Part shown: in pieces, positions 18,237 through 26,314 of the stretch | How positions within the stretch are numbered: position 1 is the stretch's first letter | Layout of the letters: each line of letters starts with the position of its first letter | DNA from: Thermoplasmatota archaeon | Lineage (GTDB): Archaea; Thermoplasmatota; Penumbrarchaeia; Penumbrarchaeales; Penumbrarchaeaceae | Assembly (NCBI GenBank): GCA_965234725.1 | Contig: CBDDUX010000041.1 | Location: 1-26,314, forward strand | Reading direction: 5' to 3' | DNA: 26,314 bases | The notes under the pieces: generated by a model | Seen by the model: the letters and a program-made list of their open reading frames with translations, nothing else | Told to the model about the DNA's origin: nothing | Database searches by the model: none | Program-made: the position numbers and the translations under genes

Positions 18237-18689
18237 ATGACCACGGCATATGACGTACCTGCTGACCTACTGATAACAAGGGTGGCAGACAAGCTCAAGA
18301 CAATCGAACCCATCAAGGAACCGGAATGGGCACCCTTCGTGAAGACAGCCGTCCACAATGAAAGGGCACCCACACAAGAAGACTGGTGGTTCATCAGAGG
18401 TGCTGCTATCCTTAGAAAGGTCTACATAAACGGACCTATCGGGACAATGCACCTCAGAGCTAAGTTCTGCGGACCGAAGGACAGAGGGTCAAAACCGAAC
18501 AAGGTCGCCCTTGGCTCGGGTTCCATCATCAGGACAGCCCTGAAACAGATGGAAGAAGCAGAACTGGTGGCCACCGTGAAGGGAAAAGGCAGGCAGGTCA
18601 CACCCAAAGGCAGGTCCCTTATGGACAACTGCGCCTACGAAGTGCTTCAGGAAATAATAACGGAAAATCCCGAACTCGGAAAGTACTGA
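18237..18689 (+). CDS. rps19e: 30S ribosomal protein S19e
   Basis: Motifs MTTAYDVPADLLI, PEWA.FVKT, E..P.Q.DWW..R.A.ILRKVY, GSGSIIR..L.Q.E and GR..TP.GRS..D. Confidence 0.97.
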   Translation: MTTAYDVPADLLITRVADKLKTIEPIKEPEWAPFVKTAVHNERAPTQEDWWFIRGAAILRKVYINGPIGTMHLRAKFCGPKDRGSKPNKVALGSGSIIRTALKQMEEAELVATVKGKGRQVTPKGRSLMDNCAYEVLQEIITENPELGKY

Positions 18690-18721
18690 TCGTTTGACCT
18701 TCCTGTTTGGAGGAAGTTAAG

Positions 18722-19057
18722 GTGACGAATGACGATATGGAGCTCCAGAACATAAGGCAGAGAAAGATGTCTCAGCTCCAGATGGCCCAACAGCAGGAAG
18801 AGGCCATGGAGGAGGAATCGGGAAGAAGGGAAGCTCAGAAGAAAGCTATCCTTCGACAGGTGCTCACAACGGATGCGAAGGAGCGCCTTGGAAGGCTAAA
18901 GCTTGGGTACCCCGAACTCGCCAACTCCATCGAGAATCAACTAATAGCGCTCTATCAATCAGGGAGACTCCCCGGCCAGGTGGACGATGCCACGCTCAAG
19001 AAGCTTCTTGAGCAGGTTCAGCCCAAAAAGAGGGAGATAAGCATCAGAAGGAAGTAG
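18722..19057 (+). CDS. PDCD5-like DNA-binding protein
   Basis: Motifs [35 protein letters not shown] and REISIRRK, in the conserved position after rps19e. Start is uncertain: GTG 18722 (after SD GGAGG) or ATG 18737. Confidence 0.92.
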   Translation: MTNDDMELQNIRQRKMSQLQMAQQQEEAMEEESGRREAQKKAILRQVLTTDAKERLGRLKLGYPELANSIENQLIALYQSGRLPGQVDDATLKKLLEQVQPKKREISIRRK

Positions 19058-19061
19058 GACC

Positions 19062-19217
19062 ATGTCCAGCCACAAACCCTTTGGAAAGAAGAAGAGGCTC
19101 ATAAAAGCCGTGAACATGAACAGAAGGGTGCCAGCCTGGGTAATGCAGAGGACCGCAAGAAGGTTCACTACACACCCGAGAAGGCATACCTGGAGAAGGA
19201 GCAAGCTGCAGAGGTAA
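19062..19217 (+). CDS. rpl39e: 50S ribosomal protein L39e (below the ORF-track length cut-off)
   Basis: Manual translation gives [51 protein letters not shown]. It lies in the conserved position before rpl31e. Confidence 0.96.
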   Translation: MSSHKPFGKKKRLIKAVNMNRRVPAWVMQRTARRFTTHPRRHTWRRSKLQR

Positions 19218-19238
19218 CGTTACTACAGGGTGATGAAC

Positions 19239-19511
19239 ATGGCAGAGGATATGGAAGAAAGGATCATTACCGTTCCACTCAGGAAGGTACTAATCGCACC
19301 GAGGACCAAAAGAGCTCCAAGGGCGATCAAGATCATCAAGTCTCACATTGCACAGCATATGAAAATGGATGAGGAAGAGGTCTGGCTCGACACACCCATC
19401 AACGAGGCCATCTGGAAAAGGGGCATTGAGAATCCTCCCAACAAGATCAAGGTCAAGGCAACCAAGTTCAAGGACCAGAACCTGGTAGAGGTCACACTCC
19501 CCGAGGAGTGA
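19239..19511 (+). CDS. rpl31e: 50S ribosomal protein L31e
   Basis: Motifs ERIITVPLR, PRTKRAPRA, HMK and INEAIWKRGIENPP.KIKV. SD GGGTGA precedes ATG 19239. Confidence 0.96.
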   Translation: MAEDMEERIITVPLRKVLIAPRTKRAPRAIKIIKSHIAQHMKMDEEEVWLDTPINEAIWKRGIENPPNKIKVKATKFKDQNLVEVTLPEE

Positions 19512-19537
19512 ACCTCTCTAAATTGGAGGGCGCCCAC

Positions 19538-20242
19538 ATGTCCTTGAAGCTTGCAGATATTTCCGGTAATCCCTATATTGGGGTCTTCTGCAGGTTGATA
19601 GGTAACACGGTCATCTGTCCCATTGATGCTTCTGACGAATTCATGATGGACCTTGAGGAGACCCTCCAGGTCAGAGGGGTCAAGGCAACTTTGGGAGGTA
19701 CCAATCTCCATGGGTCCCTGATCGGAGCCAACTCTAAAGGATTCGTGATCCCTTATTTCTATGATCTGCCCGAGATCGAGAATGCGTTCAGGTCAGCTGA
19801 TATCTCTCTGGAGGAGATGGGGATTACCGGGGTGGTATCGGAAGATCCTCATACCGCTTGGGGTAACAATGTCCTTGTTTCTGATAAGGTCGCCCTTGTC
19901 AATCCGGACCTACAGACCAGATCCCTTGAGCTCCTTGCAGATACATTTGATGTAGAGGTAATAACCGGAACGATCGCAGGTGTAAAGACCGTGGGGTCGG
20001 TTGCTGCCCATAATTCAAAGGGAATGGTCGTGCATCCTAAGGCGACAGAAGATGAGATAGCCGGTCTTTCAGATCTATTCGGATTGGAAGTGAACATTTC
20101 AACTGCCAATTTCGGATCACCACATTTAGGTGCCTCCATGGTAGTGAATGATAACGGTGCTCTTCTTGGTAAGAGGACCTCCGGTGTTGAAATGAACAGG
20201 ATCGAGAACACACTTGACCTTATACAGTCAGATAATTCCTGA
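19538..20242 (+). CDS. eif6: Translation initiation factor 6 (aIF6)
   Basis: Motifs GNPYIGVF, GSLIGANSKG, GNNVLV.D..ALV.PDL, TIAG..TVGS....NSKG.VVHP, T.NFG and T.G.E..RIE. SD GGAGG precedes ATG 19538. Confidence 0.95.
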   Translation: MSLKLADISGNPYIGVFCRLIGNTVICPIDASDEFMMDLEETLQVRGVKATLGGTNLHGSLIGANSKGFVIPYFYDLPEIENAFRSADISLEEMGITGVVSEDPHTAWGNNVLVSDKVALVNPDLQTRSLELLADTFDVEVITGTIAGVKTVGSVAAHNSKGMVVHPKATEDEIAGLSDLFGLEVNISTANFGSPHLGASMVVNDNGALLGKRTSGVEMNRIENTLDLIQSDNS

Positions 20243-21022
20243 TCATATCCCATATCTTCTCTGTCTCAGCTGATAGGACCTTACCGCTTTCAGGAATTCT
20301 GAATAGGTAAGGCCGGGCCAGTATACATCGGAGAAATAGAATTCGCTGTAGGCGTTCTGCCAGAGAAGGAAATTGGATACCCTCACCTCACCAGATGTTC
20401 TCAGGACCAGATCCGGATCGGGGAAGGGAGCCGTATAGAGATATTTCGATACAAGGTCCTCATCGATATCCTCCTCGGATATCACACCCTCTTTGACATC
20501 ATGGGAGATCCTCCTTATGGCGCAGATCAACTCTTCTCGGCCACCATATGCAACAGCCAGATTGAAGAAGTATTCATCATAGTCCTTGGAGTTCCTTTCT
20601 GCTTTCTCGATGGCTTCCCTAAGACCATCAGGAAGCATCTCCTTCTGACCAAGGACTGATACCCTTACCTTGTTTCGATGGATCCGGTCATCTGATGCGA
20701 TCTTCAAGAAGTTCTCCTCGAAGAGCTCCATCAATGTATCAACTTCTTCCTTCGCCCTCTTGAAATTCTCTGTTGAGAATGCATAAACTGTTAAAATCTT
20801 TATACCGAGGTCCACGCACCACTCCAGGACGTCCTCCAACTTCTCCTTGCCTGCAAGATGGCCCTCTATGGGTCTTCTCCCTTCTTCGGTCGCGAAACGT
20901 CTGTTACCATCCATGATGATGGCAACGTGTCTGGGCACTGGATTTTCCAGGACCAGCTTCTTGAGCCTCTCCTCTTTTGCCCTCTGGAGGCCTCTTGATA
21001 TCGTTTCCGAAAGGTCCGTCAT
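20243..21022 (-). CDS. uppS: cis-prenyltransferase (undecaprenyl/polyprenyl diphosphate synthase)
   Basis: Motifs PRHVAIIMDGNRR, YAFSTENF.R, AYGGREE, PDLVLRTSGE.R.SNFLLWQ and RRYG. Likely start is ATG 21022. Confidence 0.96.
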   Translation of the reverse strand: MTDLSETISRGLQRAKEERLKKLVLENPVPRHVAIIMDGNRRFATEEGRRPIEGHLAGKEKLEDVLEWCVDLGIKILTVYAFSTENFKRAKEEVDTLMELFEENFLKIASDDRIHRNKVRVSVLGQKEMLPDGLREAIEKAERNSKDYDEYFFNLAVAYGGREELICAIRRISHDVKEGVISEEDIDEDLVSKYLYTAPFPDPDLVLRTSGEVRVSNFLLWQNAYSEFYFSDVYWPGLTYSEFLKAVRSYQLRQRRYGI

Positions 21023-21114
21023 TGGATTCACTTCTGGGCGCACGCGCCCGAAACCGTCGATTATCGACTGCTCTTATGTAAAGCTTTTTCATGGAAAGGT
21101 CGATACCAGGGTGA

Positions 21115-22116
21115 ATGCTGCCTTATATCAAGGGTGATTCCATCCTTGTCCCTGACAAGAAGACCGCTTCTACTCTTATCAACAAGGGCTGTTACGGTAG
21201 ACCATTAAGCGGAGGGGTAACCGAGCTTTCCCTTATGGAGGCCGCCTATCTTGTGGAATGTAAAAGGCTCGAAGTGAAAAGGTCCAAGAACGGAAGGAAG
21301 CTGGACCATCATGAACTACTCGTAAGAGGTATGTCATCTGGTAGGAGGTTCCTGGAGAACTATCTGGTCTTCAGAGATATCAGGAACAGAGGAATGAACA
21401 TCCAGGGTGACGGGGATAGGACCTTCATGGTCTATCCCAGGGGGCAGGGACCTAAGAATGGTAAGGCCGACAACTGGATCATGGTCTTCCGTGAACATGA
21501 TAATGTCAATATCGAAGGTCTCTTCACCGAAGCAAGGAGGAGGGAAGGGATGAGAATGGGACTGCTTGCAGCAGTGGTTGATGGAGATTTCGATGTCACA
21601 TATTATTCGATCTCCACTTCCATGGGGCCAGGACCCGGACCTCTGAAAAATATGAATATTGAATTCACTCCAGAGGAGGCCGCGAAGGTACCGGGAGGCG
21701 GGCTATTATCATTCAAAGGATCGATCATGAAGATCGGTTCCGACGAGGGATTGGGAACCGATCTCAACGGGACCCTTGCATATTCCAACGAAGAGAGTGC
21801 TTACCTCACAGGTATGGTCAGGAATGAAGAACTTGATGATCTTAAGGATATTGTATATAGGGACCTTCGGTCAAGAGGGGCCCTCGTCCGAACTGGTTTC
21901 AAGTATGGAACACATTTCAGGGTATATACAACAGGTTCGATAGATGACCATTCGGACCTTCTGGTCCACTGCACCGACCATGGGAAACTGCATACATGGG
22001 AAGGTCTTGCAAGAGCTATTAGGCTGAGCCATTCAGTGAGGAAGCGGATGGTCTATGCATTCAACCGGACGAAGGAAGAACCTTCCTATTTGGAATTGAA
22101 CTGGACCAGACCATGA
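21115..22116 (+). CDS. endA: tRNA-splicing endonuclease, two-unit (alpha2) type
   Basis: Two tandem units (LSL.EA.YL...VFRD.R.RG and VYRDLRSRG). The C-terminal unit carries the Tyr/His/Lys triad (GFKYGTHFRVY...HS...VRK). Confidence 0.92.
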   Translation: MLPYIKGDSILVPDKKTASTLINKGCYGRPLSGGVTELSLMEAAYLVECKRLEVKRSKNGRKLDHHELLVRGMSSGRRFLENYLVFRDIRNRGMNIQGDGDRTFMVYPRGQGPKNGKADNWIMVFREHDNVNIEGLFTEARRREGMRMGLLAAVVDGDFDVTYYSISTSMGPGPGPLKNMNIEFTPEEAAKVPGGGLLSFKGSIMKIGSDEGLGTDLNGTLAYSNEESAYLTGMVRNEELDDLKDIVYRDLRSRGALVRTGFKYGTHFRVYTTGSIDDHSDLLVHCTDHGKLHTWEGLARAIRLSHSVRKRMVYAFNRTKEEPSYLELNWTRP

Positions 22117-22168
22117 TCGCGGACTTTTTAAAAGATAGTTGGATCCCTCTTTTATTTTGGATCAAGTA

Positions 22169-22552
22169 TCAGGATTGGACGAACTTCACATAGTCAATAT
22201 CATCCGTGGACCTGAACTCGGTAATGAGCTGCCTTACCTCTTCCGCTTTCCCGTTGATGATGAAGACCTCTAGACATTTATCGTTCCTGAGATGTGAATG
22301 TATCTGTGTCTCGATTATCTCTCTGAAATCATGCCTGATATTGTCAAGATGCCTGGAATTGTGGGTCTCATGGACCACAACAAGTACACCCTCTATCTCA
22401 CCCACTAGGCCCTCCCTTTCCCTTATCTCATCTTCGGTGGATCTAAGACAGGTCCTTATCGCTTCACTTCTGCCTTTGAGGCCAAAGGCCTCCTGCATCC
22501 TGTCGATCACATCTATGTTCTTCTCTGTCAATGATACGCTGATGATCGGCAT
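22169..22552 (-). CDS. NikR-family (ribbon-helix-helix plus metal-binding ACT) transcription regulator
   Basis: RHH strand IISVSL, GRSEAIR, and the metal site RH...HSH.....CLEV. Likely start is ATG 22552. Confidence 0.9.
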   Translation of the reverse strand: MPIISVSLTEKNIDVIDRMQEAFGLKGRSEAIRTCLRSTEDEIREREGLVGEIEGVLVVVHETHNSRHLDNIRHDFREIIETQIHSHLRNDKCLEVFIINGKAEEVRQLITEFRSTDDIDYVKFVQS

Positions 22553-22583
22553 CTGAACCACTACCTTCTTTTTCCATAGCAAT

Positions 22584-22680
22584 TGTTAATAATATTTCAC
22601 CTAATAGTGACCATTATTTATTAACTATCTTATATTTAATAATCATTTATTAATAATAATAAACATATATCTTATTAACA
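22584..22680. promoter_or_regulatory. Divergent AT-rich promoter/operator region with repeated TTAATAA/TTATTAA half-sites
   Basis: TGTTAATAA (22584-22592), TTATTAAC (22618-22625), TTAATAA-N4-TTATTAA (22636-22653) and TTAATAA-N15-TTATTAA (22650-22678). Confidence 0.6.
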
Positions 22681-22693
22681 TGGGGTCGGAAAA

Positions 22694-23620
22694 ATGAAAT
22701 CCCTTAAACTGGTCCTTTCCATATCATTGATGATAACCGCATCTTCCTTTCTACTGATATCAGGATGTCTGGATGAGAAGGAGGATAATATCCTGGACCT
22801 GATCGTGGTCTCGATAGGACCTCAAAAACAGATGGTGAAAAGTATCGTTGGTGAAGATGTGAATGTTGTGGTCATGGTCCCCGAGAACATGGACCCCCAT
22901 ACATATTCACCCACACCCAGCCAGTTGCTGAAGGTCTCCCGTGCGGATATCTATTTCAAGGTCGGATCCGGGGTAGAGTTCGAGGAGACCAACATGGATA
23001 CTCTGAAGGAAACGGGATCACACATGAAGGTTGTGGATCTATCGGAGGGGATCGATGTAGTATCATTCGAGGACCACCAGGGATCTCAGGAAAACACAGA
23101 TACCCATGATGATGACCATCATGGCACGGATCCCCACATATGGCTGGACCCCAAGAATATGAAGAAGATGGCTGACAATGTCTTGAAGGCATTGGAGGCG
23201 GAGGATCCGGATAATGCCGGATCATTCAGATCGAACCATGAGGCATACATAACTGAACTTGACGATCTGTTATCAGACATTGAAGAGGACCTTGAACCAT
23301 TCTCGAATATGAAATTCCTCACATATCACCCGGCATGGGGATATTTCGCAGATGCCTTCGATCTGATCCAATTATCAGTTGAGGAGGACGGCAAGGAACC
23401 CGGACCCCAGGGAGTGGCCTCTCTGATCGATCAAGCCAGAGAAGAGAACATTACCGTTGTATTCGTGGAACCCCAATTCGACACATCAAGTGCCTCCCAG
23501 ATCGCCAATGCCATCGGAGGGAAGGTGGTGACCGTGGATCCCTTATCATCGGATTATATGGAAAACCTTAGAATTGTGGCTGATAAGATGAGGGAAGGCT
23601 TCGGAGGAAGCATTGAATAG
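22694..23620 (+). CDS. znuA: Zn/Mn ABC transporter substrate-binding lipoprotein (ZnuA/TroA-like)
   Basis: Lipobox LISGC, DPHTY, a His/Asp-rich loop, DPHIWLDP, HPAWGYF, E.GKEP and DPL. Confidence 0.88.
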   Translation: MKSLKLVLSISLMITASSFLLISGCLDEKEDNILDLIVVSIGPQKQMVKSIVGEDVNVVVMVPENMDPHTYSPTPSQLLKVSRADIYFKVGSGVEFEETNMDTLKETGSHMKVVDLSEGIDVVSFEDHQGSQENTDTHDDDHHGTDPHIWLDPKNMKKMADNVLKALEAEDPDNAGSFRSNHEAYITELDDLLSDIEEDLEPFSNMKFLTYHPAWGYFADAFDLIQLSVEEDGKEPGPQGVASLIDQAREENITVVFVEPQFDTSSASQIANAIGGKVVTVDPLSSDYMENLRIVADKMREGFGGSIE

Positions 23621-23656
23621 ATATCATTACGATACTGACAAAAGGAGTACTCTGGA

Positions 23657-24424
23657 ATGAAATCTGAAAAAGCCCTGGAGATCAAGAACCTTTCTGCTGG
23701 TTATGAGGGTGAGATCGTCATTAAGGACATAGATCTTGATATCGATCACGGGGAGTTCTTCGGATTGATAGGACCCAACGGCGGGGGAAAATCGACCCTG
23801 CTCAAAGCGATCTTGGGTCTTATCGAACCTATCAAGGGAACCATAAGGATATACGGTAAACCTCCGACCATAGGACGGAGGTTCGTGGGGTATGTCCCAC
23901 AGTATTCCACTTTCGACAAGGATTTCCCGATCACTGTAAAGAACGTGGTACTGATGGGTAGAAGACGGAACAAAGGATTGAAACCGTGGTACTCAAGGAA
24001 GGACCTTGATGTGGTGAAGGATTCCCTTTCTCAGGTAAATATGTTGGAGTATATGGACAGGCATATCGATGCGCTCTCAGGCGGCCAGAAACAGAGGGTC
24101 TTCATTGCAAGGGCCCTTGCCACATCTCCCAGGATGCTGCTCCTTGATGAACCCACTGCATCGGTGGATGCACAAGTGGAGGAATCGATTTACAAGTTGC
24201 TAACGGACCTCAATGCGGAGATAACCATCATCCTGGTGACACATGATATCGGTGTGATATCATCTCATGTATCCACGGTTGCCTGTCTGAACAAGCACAT
24301 GTTCTCCAATAACGATAGGATGATCACATCGGAGATGTTGGAAGAAGCATACCAGTGCCCTGTCGATCTGATAGCACATGGAGTTCCCCACAGGGTCCTT
24401 CCCCCCCACGACCACAGCAATTAG
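23657..24424 (+). CDS. znuC: Zn/Mn ABC transporter ATP-binding subunit
   Basis: Walker A GPNGGGKST, GYVPQ, LSGGQKQR, LLLDEPT and VTHD, with a C-terminal C..DLIAHG.PHRVL..H tail. Confidence 0.9.
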   Translation: MKSEKALEIKNLSAGYEGEIVIKDIDLDIDHGEFFGLIGPNGGGKSTLLKAILGLIEPIKGTIRIYGKPPTIGRRFVGYVPQYSTFDKDFPITVKNVVLMGRRRNKGLKPWYSRKDLDVVKDSLSQVNMLEYMDRHIDALSGGQKQRVFIARALATSPRMLLLDEPTASVDAQVEESIYKLLTDLNAEITIILVTHDIGVISSHVSTVACLNKHMFSNNDRMITSEMLEEAYQCPVDLIAHGVPHRVLPPHDHSN

Positions 24425-24435
24425 GTGATGAGAAG

Positions 24436-25299
24436 ATGTTCGATGTTCTCGATTATCTTGATGTTCCCTTCGTCCAGAGGATGTTGATAGCCGGGATACT
24501 GGCATCCCTGGTCTGCGGAGTGATCGGAACCCTTGTGGTAGTGAGAAGGAACGTCTTCATTGCAGGAGGTATATCTCATACCTCATTCGGGGGGATAGGT
24601 TTTGCATATTACCTGCAGAACCTGGGTCTCACATGGTTCGATCCGATGCTTGGTGCTGTCGTTTTTTCCATAGGCGCAGCATTATTACTGGGATCCGAAC
24701 CTATCAAACGAAGATACAGGGAGGATTCCACCATCGGTGCACTCTGGGTCGTTGGGATGGCAGCAGGGGTCCTTTTCCTGAACCTTGTGGACCGTAACAA
24801 GGTCAGCGTCCTCTCTTTCGAAGCGATCCTCTTCGGAAATATTCTCCTTACTTCTTCACAGGACCTTATCGTTATGGGGGTGATCCTGGCAATTGTCTAT
24901 GTTTTCATTTTCCTCTTCTTCAAGGACACCGAGATGCTTGCATTCGATGAGGAATTCGCAAGGATCTCTGGTGTCAAGGTTTCGCTCCTGAACAATGTTA
25001 TCCTGATCTTGACTGCCCTCACTGTTACCCTTCTGATCAAGGTTGTTGGGGTGGTCCTAATACTTGCAATGCTCACGATACCCGCTGCGATCTCCAATCT
25101 ATTCACCAAGAGATTGTTCACATTGATGATATCCGCATCGATCACCGGGATGCTTCTTACGACGTTCGGCAACCTGTTGTCTATCGAATTGGACACTCCG
25201 CCAGGGGCAACGATCGTGATCCTGATGGGTATGGCTTTCCTTTTCTCTCTTCTGGGAAAATGGATTTATAGGAAGGCCTCGTCTCAGATACAAAATTAA
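24436..25299 (+). CDS. znuB: Zn/Mn ABC transporter permease (ABC-3 family)
   Basis: Motifs GGISH.SFGG, REDSTIG.LW, LFGNIL, FDEEFA, VVGV.L..A.L.IPA and PPGATIV. SD AGGTGA precedes ATG 24436. Confidence 0.9.
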   Translation: MFDVLDYLDVPFVQRMLIAGILASLVCGVIGTLVVVRRNVFIAGGISHTSFGGIGFAYYLQNLGLTWFDPMLGAVVFSIGAALLLGSEPIKRRYREDSTIGALWVVGMAAGVLFLNLVDRNKVSVLSFEAILFGNILLTSSQDLIVMGVILAIVYVFIFLFFKDTEMLAFDEEFARISGVKVSLLNNVILILTALTVTLLIKVVGVVLILAMLTIPAAISNLFTKRLFTLMISASITGMLLTTFGNLLSIELDTPPGATIVILMGMAFLFSLLGKWIYRKASSQIQN

Positions 25300-25325
25300 C
25301 CTAAAAATAATGGAGGGTCAATTAG

Positions 25326-25613
25326 ATGTATGAGCTTACAAAGGTAGAAGGGGACAAGAAGGGAGATATCAAGCTATATGCCATCAGCACCTGTGTCTGG
25401 TGCAAAAGGACAAAGAGGCTTCTTGAAAGCCTTGGAGTCTCGTATAATTACATTTTCGTTGATACTCTTGATAGGGGGACGAGGGATGAGGTTGAAACAG
25501 ATGTTAGAAAGTATAATCCCAGATGTTCCTTCCCCACCATAGTTATCAATGACGATAAGTGCATTGTGGGCTTCCAGGAAGAGGAAATTAAGGAGGCCCT
25601 CGGATATGCCTGA
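25326..25613 (+). CDS. Glutaredoxin-like protein with CVWC active site (methanoredoxin-like)
   Basis: Motifs [23 protein letters not shown] and IVGF. SD GGAGG upstream. Confidence 0.9.
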   Translation: MYELTKVEGDKKGDIKLYAISTCVWCKRTKRLLESLGVSYNYIFVDTLDRGTRDEVETDVRKYNPRCSFPTIVINDDKCIVGFQEEEIKEALGYA

Positions 25614-26148
25614 GGACAATTCGACCGAACCTACCGAAGAAGAGATCGACAAGTTGTTCAAGAAGCTTGATAGGGAAGCTGAAGCAGGTGGATACCACCT
25701 CAACCCCGATACCGAGTTCACCAAGGAGCTTGTCTGGGGCCTGATAATGAATCAGAGAAGATACGGCTACCAGGCATGTCCATGCAGACTTTCCGATGGT
25801 ATCAGGGAGGAGGACAAAGATATCATTTGCCCCTGTGATTACAGGGACCCTGACCTTGGGGAATTCGGAGCGTGTTACTGCGCACTTTATGTGGATGATG
25901 ATATCAAAGCTGGAAGGAAGGACCCGAAACCCATCCCGGAAAGAAGGCCTCTCAAAGAAGAAAGGGAAAAGATAAAAAAGGAAAAGGAAGAGGCTAGGAT
26001 GGAAGCTCTTACAGGAGGAGGACCTTTGAGGACCCCGCTCCCTGTATGGCGCTGCACCGTTTGCGGTTATCTTTGCGCCAGGGAAGAGCCACCACTGATC
26101 TGTCCCATTTGTAAAGCAAAGAAGGACCGGTTCGATAGATTCTTGTGA
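25606..26148 (+). CDS. Ferredoxin:thioredoxin reductase catalytic-like domain fused to a rubredoxin-like domain (FDR-like ferredoxin:disulfide reductase)
   Basis: CPC (QACPCR), CPC (ICPCDYR) and CYC motifs, a charged linker, and a C-terminal WRCTVCGY...CPICKA domain. ATG 25606 overlaps the glutaredoxin stop by 8 nt. Confidence 0.9.
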   Translation: MPEDNSTEPTEEEIDKLFKKLDREAEAGGYHLNPDTEFTKELVWGLIMNQRRYGYQACPCRLSDGIREEDKDIICPCDYRDPDLGEFGACYCALYVDDDIKAGRKDPKPIPERRPLKEEREKIKKEKEEARMEALTGGGPLRTPLPVWRCTVCGYLCAREEPPLICPICKAKKDRFDRFL

Positions 26149-26314
26149 AAAAGAACCCATTTTCAAATCTTAACTTTTTCACAAGTCCGCTGAATGAAAT
26201 TTAAAATAGACGGTTTAATTCAGACCTTGAAATTAATGATCTCTGGAAATTTAAATACAATTATTTGTACCCCTTTAGGAAGATTGAAAGGGTTAAGAGA
26301 GCAAGTTTTAAATA

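Noticed and set aside
26212..26290. Fragments resembling archaeal CRISPR repeat ends (GTTTAATTCAGACC and GATTGAAAG)
   Set aside because: They are single, non-contiguous pieces with no repeat-spacer periodicity, and there are no cas genes in the window.
1..26314. Stop-codon recoding (pyrrolysine/selenocysteine), tRNA/rRNA genes, IS elements
   Set aside because: The TAG and TGA stops fall at the expected ends of full-length proteins. Intergenic gaps are short and show no cloverleaf, rRNA, transposase or terminal-repeat signatures.

Overview
This is a gene-dense archaeal chromosomal window of roughly 50% GC. The rpS19e-PDCD5-L39e-L31e-aIF6 cluster, two-unit EndA, MptD and a PKD-anchored clostripain fit an uncultured Thermoplasmatota-type heterotroph (inference). 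From left to right it holds: the start of a secreted protein cut off by the window edge; a psd-pssA-mptD operon; two large membrane-anchored surface proteins (an FG-GAP/ASPIC-UnbV propeller, and a clostripain C11 protease with about 6 PKD repeats); a histidine-kinase-like protein with a degenerate ATP-binding domain coupled to an FAH-family gene; RNase Z; trkAH; a Taw2/Trm5-family tRNA-modifying enzyme; an uncharacterised 799-aa surface protein with an apparent 3-fold internal repeat; a ribosomal/translation operon (including L39e, which the ORF track missed); uppS; endA; and a NikR-family regulator divergent from a ZnuABC-type metal ABC transporter followed by a CVWC glutaredoxin and an FTR-rubredoxin fusion (methanoredoxin/FDR-like pair). 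I saw no tRNA, rRNA, CRISPR array or mobile element. The best candidates for something new are the NikR-znuABC-Grx-FDR unit with its palindromic operator region, the pseudokinase next to the surface protease/adhesin pair, and the triple-repeat surface protein.
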